64,000 nt of DNA from Selaginella moellendorffii (lineage: Eukaryota; Plantae; Lycopodiophyta): assembly GCF_000143415.4 (NCBI RefSeq), contig NW_003314349.1, forward strand, positions 750,214 to 814,213, given 5' to 3'. A program made the translations under genes and the position numbers. The notes below the pieces were generated by a model that saw only the letters and a list, made by a program, of their open reading frames with translations, was not told the DNA's origin and did no database searches. This document shows, piece after piece, positions 12,401 through 24,013 of the stretch. Each line of letters begins with the position of its first letter. Positions within the stretch are counted from its first letter, which is position 1.

Positions 12401-15400
12401 CCGCACCAAGACCTTTTGGTGCTCGTTTTTCGTCCTGAGAAGGCGAAAGGAGTCGGTCACAAGGTTGACAGCTTGAGACCATTGCAACTGTGTAGCAATA
12501 CATCCCAAGGTCTCGAGAGTTGCAGCTACAAGGCCTTCATCCTTGCTTTCGAATAGGAAGTGCGAAAATAACGGCGCAAATATTTTACTTAACGACCGCT
12601 GTAGAATAGTTTGTCAAATTTCTGGTTTATGAAAAAGAAAGATACTCACTTGGGAAAACTGGGAATAAGTACAACCGGCTCTAAACTTTGCCATAGCCTT
12701 AATCCGTCTATGAAGCTGTAAGGCACAAAAGTTAGTAGAGAAAGTAGTGGGAAGCCACAGAATCAACCTGAATATGAATAATATTGCTGAAGAAGTCCCC
12801 TTCCACATCGGAACTACACAAGCACCGATACTCGGAAAACGTTGGAACTTCTGGGAGGATTACTAGCTCTCGAAATACAATCAGCCATTCCTGAGAGACA
12901 GAAGGAGTCGTCAGAAAAACATGTAACCAGTAACATTTCATATATTACCCGTCGTGTCGCCGCATTTTCCGACTTGATCGATTCTGTAATGCGGGAGAAA
13001 AGAAACTCGTGAACAACGTGACCGATGGTGTCTTTGAAGATTCCTTCCCCAGTAGCCTTCACAAACATAACCAGGCAGCTCGATGCGTTGTACCGCATAT
13101 CTTCTGATTCCAAATCGAAAACAAGGTGGGACAGAAGTAGCAAGGCTTGGCGAGAATCGACTTGAGACAAAAATTCCCTGTTCAATTTCCCATAGCCCGC
13201 TTGTCTGCGTTCATAATCGCATTCATCAAGTCTGCTAGTTGACATAGAGTTCAGGTCCACCAATATTTCAGCCTACGCAGTGAACTATATCAATGATGGC
13301 CAAAAATTAGAACAAACGTACCATCAAAGCGAAAGAAGGCTCTCCTGCCGCAAGTTTCTCAAGGCATTCACATAAAATAATCCGGGACGTTTTACAGGCG
13401 ACTGATGACAGTAAAGGTGTCAATGCCTCAACACATTTTGAGGCGCAAGAATGGTCGAAAAGATGCGCTAACTCTCTGACAATCTTCAGCACTTCAAGCC
13501 TTACTTCTGCAAAGGACATACTTGAATTAATATCGACAGCTTTATGAATTCCTTACCTGGATCAGGCTTCTTTGTTTTCAGAAATGGTAACAATGTATCC
13601 AGAAACTCGGAGGCCCGTAGAGGATCATTTATGTACGGGCTTACACTGAATATGATCTGCAGCTGCTCCTTCAAGTGTTTTGCTTTCCAATCCTTGCTGT
13701 AGCAAATATAAGTCGGAATCTATAAAGAGATTAAAAGAAACACTCACCTCGTAGATTGTTTGACTAGTTGCTGTGTAAGGCCTTGCAATAACACTGTCAG
13801 ATGAGGTAAGACACTAAGTTCCACTGTTTTCCCTTTCCTCCCGAGTAAGTTTTGAATAAAGCTCAGAACAGCCATGTGTACTGGTGACGATAAGTTTTTC
13901 ACGAGCAGAATGGAAAAGATATTAGGCACCACCAACTTGTTCGTCATCAAAAGAGAAGCGTAATCCTCATTCGTACTCATTGCTAAAAAGCACGATAATA
14001 ATGCTGTTGGCTTATCTCCAGTATTTTCGTCCTTCAATAAAGCGATTGAGCGTTCAGTTGCTTGAAAGAACAGCTTCCAATACTTGGGCTCAAGGCTGAC
14101 GTTGCTAAAGTTGTTGAGCAGCAGAGAAACGACCTTGAGACAAAGGGTTCTCAAATCTTTGCCCGAAGAGACCGGTTTCTCATCGGCAGAGATATCTTCC
14201 TCCGCCGTGCTGAGAGAGGCGGCTTCCAAAAGCCGAAAAACAATCCCCATCAGTGCAGGAAGATATGGTTCGATGCGTTCTCCGTCGAAAACTTGTAATA
14301 TGTCTTTCACCAAATGCAGAAAGCCGACCTTTGTTTTGTGTGGCAACCCTGCAACCCCCTTCTTGTCCACCAAGTCAATCGGACTTTTGATTTCATTTTG
14401 GTCGACCGCCAACACGTTTGAAGAGGCCGCTTCTAGTGGACGAGTAATTAGCGAAAAGAAAGTCTCCAGCTCCTTAACTTCAAGGCAGGATAAGAAGGTG
14501 AGTATGCTAGAACGCATATGACTTGCTGACTGAATAAACAGTAAAGACAGTAGTCAGTAAGAACTTCAAGAGAAATTTTGCAACGGTTACCTTTCCCAGC
14601 TTAGCATTTCGTTTGGACAGCTTAGGATAGAGAATTCTAACCAGGACAGGCATCAATTCTGTTCTGTCCTCATTCGCCACCTGATGATCTTCTTTTGAAA
14701 TGCTCCAAGATCCAAGTTCATCGCGTATGGTGTCCACAGACATAAGTTTATACAAATGGTCTTTATATGTAGTCAAGCACGAGCCCTTCCACTTCAATAA
14801 GCAGTCTAAAGTTTTCTTTTGAATATCAGCATCATTGAAAACCAGAAACCTGCCAATGGAAGCCGTTAGGCACTGAATTTCAACGTGTGAGGTGCTCACC
14901 TCTCCTCCAATATTTGCTTCAGAAGCACACCATTTGAAAGATCTGTGAAGTTCTTCAGTTGAACAAGAAGCTGCAGCCACTCTTTCAATATAGTCTTCCA
15001 GTCATTCTTGCTCAGAGAATGACTACGTGAAAATAGAAGTTTAGAAAAAATCAAGGAAAAAGAAAATTTCATACCTCTCCTCTCCATTCTTGTGATTTAA
15101 AAACACAAGAAAAAGAGAAATCATCTCGTTGGATACTGATACGAAATTTGACGACGTTCTTTGCGCAATCCGCAAAAGCAAACCCACCAAATTCGATGGC
15201 ATCTGAGACTCCGGTACATTAGATGGTTCTGAAATGCAAGGTTTAGAAAACGGAAAACGACGTTGAACATGCAAACCGTTGGAGTCTTGCAAACACTGAT
15301 TTTGTATCGCGGAAATGTACGACGTAAAATCACCCCGAACATTGTCACCCCTTGCCTCCATAATTTCAGCCACACAGCTAATGACAGGCTCCCACAATGG

Positions 15401-18219
15401 TGTAAACCGATTGTGCAATACTCCTATCACAGCATGAAAAGCCAAACGAACAAGTTCAACGGGCTTTCCAACCAAGCTCAATTTAACTTGCAAGATGAGG
15501 GAAGAAAGGCGACGAGAGTGCTCAATATCCAGTGGTGTGGCTTCTATTGCTAGCAAGTCGTCAAGGAGCTGTAAGGGAAAACATTGGTTTCGGGTGCAAT
15601 AAAGAAAGAAAAGGAGGAAAACCTGAGCACTCTCACGTGACTGTTCGAACACGCTTAGAATCTCCAAGGTTGCCATCCTTATCCTCTTACTCGGGTTCCA
15701 AAGGTTTTTCTCCAATAATTTACAAGTTTTCAGAAAAGCCTGATGATTGAGTTCCACGGAGGCTTTGACTACGTCCGTCCCCAACCTGAAAAAAAAACAA
15801 GAAAAAGTCAAAAGACAAGAAAGACAATCCTTCAAAAGACAGACCTTCGAAGTCCTAACCCGCACTTGGATACAGCTTCCAGAACGTCAGGATATCCGAG
15901 GTATTTCAAACCGAAATTTAAGAAGGAAAGAAACACTTCTACAGTGAGTTTCTTCTGCGCTTCCAAAACTTTCAGATAAGATAATAAAGCGGCTCCTAGC
16001 AATTCCTTCCAGGTACCAGCGTCCGGCTTCTCATTTTCTTTTACAGCCTGATCAATAGCGGTTGCAAAATCCAGGCAAAAGGACTCCGGCTTACTACTGG
16101 TGGCCAAGTATGGGAAACACCGTAAAGCTGTCAAGACCAGAGCAGCCTCTTCTGACGTTTGATGATGACTCGTAAATTTCTCCAAAGAAGAGTCGACAAG
16201 GCCAGTGACAGCGGCGGAAAGTTTCTCGCTTTTGATGGATGGAAATTCCCAGTGTTGAATAAAACTTAACAGCAATGGCAAAACGCACGCTTGATGAGCC
16301 TCAACATGTTTTTCAAGCACTCTGGCACAAGGAACAAGCGTTAGCATAGCTTGAAAACAACCAGAGCTACCTTAAAATTAAGTGCTCAAAATATTTTACG
16401 GTCCCAACATCTTGCTCAAGCAGTCCTTTAATGAAAGGCAATAGGCTGTAAGAAAGAAAAAATAAAATTATGAAACGAAAATGAGGGGTTAGAAAACCTC
16501 TTAGCTGATGCGCTTTCAAATGCTGAGGTCCATGCAACAGCAGCTACATCTGGCTTTATGTTTTCATCTGCCTTCTTCACGATTGCATTAAGAAGAACTG
16601 CAAGGGCTTGAGATAGCAAGCCCTCGTGTGCCTCTCCTGTCAACTTTGGAACAAGGTCTAGCAGCCTTGGACCAACAGAGTTAAACAGCCACTGACCTGC
16701 AGGTACAAAATTGCTAAAAAGATTTTTCGAATATATTATAGCGCACTCACCATTCATATACCTTCCCTTTTTATACTCAGAGACGTGGTTAAGAACCAAG
16801 AAAAGTTGTTCCATTCTAGCGTCTGACCTGTCTGGCCAGTTAGATTCCTTCTCAAGTAAAAGGAGAAGCGAAAGTATTTCATCTAGTAAGCAGGACCATA
16901 GCAGCTCCAGCTTATTGGGATCAATTTCTTCGCAAAGGTCAGTCAAAGTTTTCTTCAATATTTCTAGAACGATGTCACCTACAGCAGAACCAAATGTAAG
17001 GTAATCACACAAAGAAAAAGAAAATTAACGACCTTTCGACCCTTCGCGAACTCCACATATTACTGCTGGACTGAAAAGGAGCTTTAACAGCTCTTCAGCG
17101 CGAGAATGGAAGCCAGAAGACGGCCCCTTTAGCGTGCAAGTTAGCAACGCACTGCAGCCAAAAGTCTTTTCGTCGGTAGGATCTTTCTCCGTTTCCGAGA
17201 TAAGCCGTCGAACACCTGAATAAGAGCACAACAGTCAGATATTTGAGAGCAAAGAATCAAGTGTACCTTTTATAACTTGGGTTAGAGGAGCAACCCTGAA
17301 AACGAACGAGACAGCCTCTGCCGCAAAAACGCGAACATAATTTTGGTGATAAAGACGAAAACACCTCGTTACTCTAAATCAAACGGGAATTATATCAATC
17401 ATAACCTTGAAAACATTAACACTTACTTTAGAACAAAAGCCAAATCCTTCGATAAGTACTTGGACATGTACTTAAAAATATATGCCACTAAAGTAAAACC
17501 CTGGAGAATGAAAATGTAAGTTCTGGACCAGCAACACAGATGAAGCTCACCTGCAACGTGACAGGATCCCTATCCCCACCCGATTGAAGAAGCTTATAAT
17601 ATCCATCAAAGATTTCTGGAATGTATCTGGAAGAAGAAAATAAAACCGGAACGACGAAGGCTTGAAGAAGACTTACTGCAAAAAATCTTCAGACAAATCT
17701 CTCGAGAGAACTGCTAAGAGGCTGTCAAGAAAAAGATATTAGAAGGAACATCGTCGCAAGTTTCACAAACCTGAAAACTGGCTCCAATGAAAGCGATGAC
17801 GCTTTCAAGGACGAGACAAGACGATTGATCACGGTGGCCTTGTGAAGGAGTAGCTGCGGTAAAGTTTGCACCAAAGGCAGCAACTCCCCATAGAGCTCAA
17901 TAAAATCGGCAGCAGCATTCAATTCCTACAACAAAGTTTTTTAACAAATGGACGCAAGATAGAGCACGAAAAACTCACCCGCCACTGGATCAAGCTCTCG
18001 TAGAAAAAAGACGCTCCTTCCGCTGTAGGCTGGGCCTTCACAGCGTCTAGACAGTGGAAAACATCGATATCAATGTCCTCGATGCGCTCGGCGAAGGATT
18101 TAAACTGCGAGAATTCTCACAAATTTGAGAAGAATGCGAGAGGCAAAAGAGATCTCCCCTACCTTGAATCGCTTCCTCCTCTTCTCCGGCGACTTACTGC
18201 GCTTCCGGCGCCCCGCCAT
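9477..18219 (-). CDS. UTP20: Small-subunit processome component UTP20 (DRIM), many short introns
   Basis: N-terminal FKSFAERIEDIDIDVF and ELNAAADFIELYGELLPLVQTLPQLLLHK; LKSRSQEIRDAAR; LKRGYEKHVLGYTL; LLQFLLDYPL; basic C-terminus VDPEKTARKKIK...RKT*. Confidence 0.93.
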
Positions 18220-18329
18220 AGTTTCCCCCAAATTCCTAAAACCCTAAAATCCCCCTGGCATATTCTCCAAATAGGCGTGCATTAGGGTTCTTGGGTGTGG
18301 CATTCTAAAAGAAGGGTTTTTCGCTCGCT
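18220..18329. promoter_or_regulatory. 110-bp bidirectional promoter with two opposed telo-box motifs
   Basis: AAACCCTAA at 18239-18247 and TTAGGGTT at 18282-18289, between divergent ATGs. Confidence 0.65.
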
Positions 18330-20872
18330 ATGGCTGCCCAGGAGGGGGGAGAAGAAGCACCGCCCATGGCGCCGGACGCTCCCGAGCAGCAGGACGAGCA
18401 AGAGGATCGCGGAGGTGAGCTTCTTTACTGTGGCACTACATCCTGGGACACTGTGGGCCGCAAGCAAGCCGATTCTGGGAGCTTGCCCGCGCCGACGCGC
18501 CTCAGCCCTCTCAAGGGCGTCCAGATTGCTTTCGTCGCCTCCGGCTCAGGTGCGTCGAAAATCTTGTGCGCGATTGTTCTATCTTGAAAATTTCGAATTG
18601 GATTGTTCCAGCTTCCACTCACTGTATTGCGATCGGTGCTGATGGGCGGTGCTTTACCTGGGGCCGAAACGAGGTAAGAGCTTCTCCTGGGTTTCTTTCT
18701 TCTTTTCTTTCCTTCCTTTGGACGTTTTTATGCTACATTGTTTTTCCATAGAAAGGTCAGCTGGGTCACGGAGACACATCAAATAGAGACGCCCCCACGC
18801 CGGTGCTAGCTTTGTCACAGTACGTATAGATTCGCTAGTCCGAGAAGAAAAACTTGAAATCTATGTCTTGTTTTATAGATACAAGGTCGTTAAAGCTGGA
18901 TCAGGGAGACAGCACACAGTTGTGATCACGGATGACGGGAACTCTTTTGCTTTTGGATTCAACAAACATGGCCAGCTGGGTAGCGGTCATGTCAAAGATG
19001 GTGAGACTGCATCTTCTTAAAGGAAAAAGATTCGGTTCTCGATCATGGAGATTATTGGCAGAGGTGGAGAAGCTCCCACTGAAGTGTCTGGTATCGGAAG
19101 CAACTCATGTATCTTGCGGAGCAGATTTTACTGTGTGGTTGTCTTCTGTTGAAGGGGCGTCAATCTTGTAAGTCTCTTTCGTCCCGTACAGTCGCGGTTT
19201 GACAATATCATCTTTTCAGAACCGCAGGATTGCCTCAGTATGGTCAGCTTGGCCATGGAACAGACAACGAGGTAAGATTTGTTATCCGTTGTTTTTTCTT
19301 TTCCGGTTTCTTGAGTAGTATTGCTGTTTTTCCAGTATAATATGAAGGAAGGATCTGTAAAACTCGCATATGAAGCACAATCGAGACCAAGGCCAGTTGC
19401 AGCATTCTCGGAAAAAATGGTCACAAAAGTTGCTTGTGGACACAATCATACAGGTGAGGCCATTTCATTTTCCTCGTGGTCTTTGCTTTCGGTCCTGACT
19501 GACATAATATTCATTTCAGTGGCTTCGGATTCCAATGGATTTGTCTACACGTACAGTAGTCTTTAATTCTAGAATTTTCTACTTCTGCGAGTAACTGACT
19601 ATTTTCTCTGCAGATGGGGCTATGGGGGCTATGGAAGGTAAAGGTTAATGGTTTTTGCGTCGGATGTTTACCTTGTGACTTTCAGGCTCGGTCACAAGGA
19701 ACAGAAGGATGAGTGGACTCCGAGATTAGTAGAAGTCTTCCAGCGTCAGAATGTGCTTCCCCCAACCGCTGTTGTTGCCGCAGGTGCTGCATTTTCAGCC
19801 TGTACTGCAGGTAATACTCGATCAAAGTTTATTTTTCCGACGACACTCAGTGGTATTGTTGATCAATCTAGGTGGTGGCCAGCTGTATATGTGGGGTCGT
19901 GTAAAAGCTACCGGTGACAATTGGATGTACCCAAAGCCTCTTACGGATCTCAAGTACCAAGCAACTTTGGCTCCTTTAAAATCGTGTTCTGACCAAACTT
20001 CTTTTGTGTCTGCTCAGTGGCTGGACCATCCGTAGCATGGATTCCGGCAATACAATAAGCATGGTGGCCGCGGAGACGTCGTGCATAAGCTGGGGGACAG
20101 CATTTTCTGGCGAACTTGGATATGGTCCATCTGGCCCAAAGTAAGTTTTCCAACTTCGCCGTTAAGTCATCGTGCAAGACTGTTGGTTCCAGATCGTCTG
20201 CCAACCCGAAAAAAATCGACTCTCTCGAAGGCATGCACGTGATAAGGTAGCTGCTTCGCCCGCCGTAATGCTGTTTTATTGTTCCAGTGCTTACGGTTTT
20301 TTCTTTGTCCTGCGTTTCCAGTGTTGCGTGTGGCCTTGCACATTCGATGATGATAGTTTCCAGGTCCAAGGATGGCGCCGAGCGACTGGAAGAGGTAAGC
20401 TTTTTGGATTGCTGGGAGCACCGTTTCTAACACCTTCTGGCGTGCAGTTCGACGTTTATGAAGCCAGCAGCGCTGAAAACGGTATGTTATAAACCTTGGC
20501 TTAATCCACTGTCGGTGACCTGCCGAGATCGCAGACAATGACAACGAAGAAGCCGAGGCCGAGGAAGCAGAGCCAGAGCCCAGAGGAGGAGGAGGAGGAG
20601 GAGGACGGAAGCGAAATCCTCCTCCGAGCAGGAAGGAAACGCCGGCAAAGAGACCTCAGAGGAAAGCCAAGAAGAAATACTCGTCGGACGAGGATGACGA
20701 CGACGAGGACGTGGAGGAGGAGACCGAGGACGACGAGGAGTTCGACTCGGAGACGGAAGAGTCCGAGGAGGACTATGTCTCGGACGAGAGCGACTCTCCT
20801 CGAGCAGCCAAGGGTGGAGGGCGAGGTGGAAGAGGTCGGGGGCGGGGCCGAGGCCGTGGTAGAGCTCGTTGA
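18330..20872 (+). CDS. RCC1-repeat protein of the RCC2/TD-60-like type, with acidic and RG-rich C-terminus
   Basis: GGELLYCGTTSWD; FTWGRNEKGQLGHGD; FGFNKHGQLG; VSCGADFTV; GLPQYGQLGHGTDNE; VACGHNHT; ends ...GRGRGRGRAR*. Confidence 0.88.
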
Positions 20873-21314
20873 TGAATATATACTACGCAAAGATTCGACA
20901 CCAAAGCAGAAGCAGCACCAGCAGCAATTTTAGCAATGACTGTGTGTACTATAGAAGCTGACAGAAGATGGAAGTCACATAGGCTAGCTTAGCTTGCCTT
21001 CATTGATGTGTAATGCTTTGTTAATTTTATTAGCTAAAAGTTATGACCAAAAGAGCAATAGTAACCAAGCATTTGGTTTGTTGTGTATGATCGCTCAATT
21101 GAAACCCATCAAGAAATAGTTTAGTAAGTAAAATATTTCCCACTACAACCTTCTTGGAAACACAAAAATATAATTTTTTTCACATTGAACGAAATCGATC
21201 TGGAGAATCTGGATGGAGCCAAAAATCATGAAAATTCAAGATTCCAGTGAAAATTCAATAGTAGGTATTGGCATACCATAATCCTTCAGCCAATAACATA
21301 AAAATGATCTAGAT

Positions 21315-21341
21315 TTATATATATATATATATATATATATA
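21315..21341. repeat. (TA)n microsatellite
   Basis: Directly visible. Confidence 0.9.
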
Positions 21342-21566
21342 GAGTTGTGTGTTCTTTGGCACACAGTGAAAGAAAGAGAACGAATATTATTATTCGTGTG
21401 GCATCATTCCAAGGATATTCGCGTCGGATTTAAATCTAGTGGTCGCTGATTGAGTGAACCATGGACACACAAATGCAGGGGACTCACCAGAGGGAAACAA
21501 GGCGCCAGCGCGCTACCAAAATGTACTAGGGTTTTGCCGATCGACTCGCAGGGCGAGGATCGATCT

Positions 21567-23893
21567 ATGGCGCCCGAGGGATCGGCTCTAGTCGCAATGT
21601 CGGCCGCGATGTCGTGCGGCCAGCTCCATCGCCTCAAAGGTACGTCACGAATCTCGTTGAGTCGGTCTAGGACGAGAGTAGGCGCGAGCGAAGACTTTCA
21701 TTTCCTTTTTCCGACACCTACATTCGTTTCCATCCGGCTTATGGGAGAGAATTTCGATTCCAGGGATGCAACAAAGGAGGAAACCAGCTGGGAAACAAAT
21801 TCCATTCTTCCATGGCAATGTTTGCTCCAAGAGTTTTCTTCTAGGCAGCAGAGGTCTAGAAGGAAAACTCGTTCTTTGGACGAATCCAAGGCTAAGGCCG
21901 AGCAGGAGAAAAATGGTGACATACTGCTGGGGGACTTCTTCGCCTGGTTCCGAGAGTATAGATCAGTTGGAGAGCGAGAAAAAATCCAACGAGGAGCCTG
22001 CCGTGGAAATCAATTCCAGTAAAGGAACTTCCAGCGATGAAAGCCACTCGTTCACCACTACTGCTAGCGTGGAGGACGACAAACCAAAGTCCTGGTTCGA
22101 CAGGATACCAAAGCGATGGCAGATTGTAGCCTTGTGCTTCTTTGCATTCCTCCTGTGCAACATGGATCGGGTATGGCTTTTGCACTTCCGTTTCTCTTTC
22201 TGGATGGAAACTTAACTGGCTCGCTTGACTAGAAAATCTTTGTGGTGTTATAGGTGAATATGAGCATTGCTATTCTCCCAATGGCTTCCGAGTTCCATTG
22301 GAACTCCACCACAGTCGGTTTAGTGCAATCGTCATTCTTTTGGGGATATCTTCTCACACAGGTACTGTTCTCGAGCGGAGAATAAGTTTTAGAAGTTTGA
22401 CGCTTCTTTCTTGCAGATTGCTGGAGGTGTGTGGGCAGACAGCATTGGAGGGAAGAAAGTTTTAGGATTCGGAGTGATATGGTGGTCAGTAGCAACAGTT
22501 TTGACTCCTCTAGCAGCAAAACTTGGCCTGCCAGTGCTATTCGCGGTCCGAGCTTGCATGGGAATTGGCGAGGTATAATTGGTGAATTTACTTTCTATGC
22601 ACTCTTACGATCCTTCATTTCTATCACAGGGCGTTGCAATGCCTGCAATGAATAATCTTCTCTCTCGTTGGATTCCGGTGACCGAACGCAGTAGATCGCT
22701 TGCCTTGGTGTACAGTGGAATGTATCTTGGATCGGTGACAGGACTTGCGTTTTCTCCCGCCTTGATTCACAAGTATAACTGGCCCTCAGTTTTCTTCACG
22801 TTTGGTTCGTTGGGAGCGGTCTGGTTTACATTCTGGCAGAAAAACGTAAATTTGCTCATGCTTTGCATTACTTCTCATTGTCAGTTTTGTTTTTCAGGCA
22901 TATAGCTCGCCTGCGGAAGATATCACGCTTTCGGAGGAAGAGAAGAATTACATACTCGGAGATAGCGCCCAAGAGAAAGTAGCTATAGGCGAGATACCCT
23001 GGGGTCAGCTTCTATCTGAACCATCTGTGTGGGCGCTAATAGTTTGTCACTTTTGCCACAACTGGGGGACTTTCATTCTCTTGACATGGATGCCGACGTA
23101 CTACAACCAGGTTGACACTTCTCTTGATTTCTAAGTTCATTATGAAAGTATTTGTATGCAGGTTTTGGGATTCAATCTGATGGAATCCGGAATGTTTTCA
23201 GTCCTTCCTTGGTTGACAATGGCGTTGTCCTCTAATCTTGGGGGATGGATAGCTGACAATCTTGTAAAGAGGGGAGTTTCGGTCACACTTGTTCGGAAGG
23301 TATGTTTTAGCTCTTCGTTGTTGGTTAAGCTTGCAGCATTGTTTTACTATGTACAGGTGATGCAATCCATTGGTTTTCTTGGCCCGGCTTTTTTCCTTAC
23401 GCAGCTTAGCCATATCCGTTCGCCTTCTGGTGCTGTTCTGTGTATGATGGCTTCCCAGGTAAAATCCTCTCTATATCTCGCTTTAAGTGGAATTTTGGTT
23501 TGATATCTGGTCTCTTGCAGGGTTTGGATGCTTTCTCGCAGTCGGGATTGTATTCCAACCATCAAGATATTGGCCCTCGCTATGCGGTAATAAACTAGTC
23601 TGGCATATCCTACTTCTGGCCAGAACTGATACTGAGCTTGTAACAGGGAGTATTGCTCGGACTCTCCAATACTGCGGGAGTTCTTGCTGGTGTCATAGGA
23701 ACTGCTGCAACAGGATACATCTTGCAGCATGGTTTACCTCTAGTCTTTGTGCTCTTCCTCGTTTAACTAACTCGTGGTTTTTGTTGTGGGCACAGGGACA
23801 TGGGATGACGTCTTCAAAGTAGCAGTCGCATTGTATTTAGTGGGAACAGTTGTTTGGAACCTTTTCTCAACAGGAGAGCGAGTTATCGACTGA
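21567..23893 (+). CDS. PHT4: Plastid anion/phosphate transporter, PHT4/ANTR (SLC17) family
   Basis: IPKRWQIVALCFFAFLLCNMDRVNMSIAILPM; GLVQSSFFWGYLLTQ; GEGVAMPAMNNLLSRWIP; HFCHNWGTFILLTWMPTYYNQ; GLYSNHQDIGPRYAG; transit-peptide-like N-terminus. Confidence 0.9.
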
Positions 23894-24013
23894 CAAAAAA
23901 TGTTTTTCCCGATTAGTAAATCAATAACGTAAATTGCGGGGAGTTTTAATGCGAGTTCTGTCTTATAGAATGCTGGACCGGGCCTGCTGTAAGAAATCCA
24001 GGTACAGAGGTTC

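Noticed and set aside
20959-20980. miR156/157-like CTGACAGAAGATGGAAGTCAC
   Set aside because: Several mismatches and no complementary star arm; lies in the RCC1 3' UTR.
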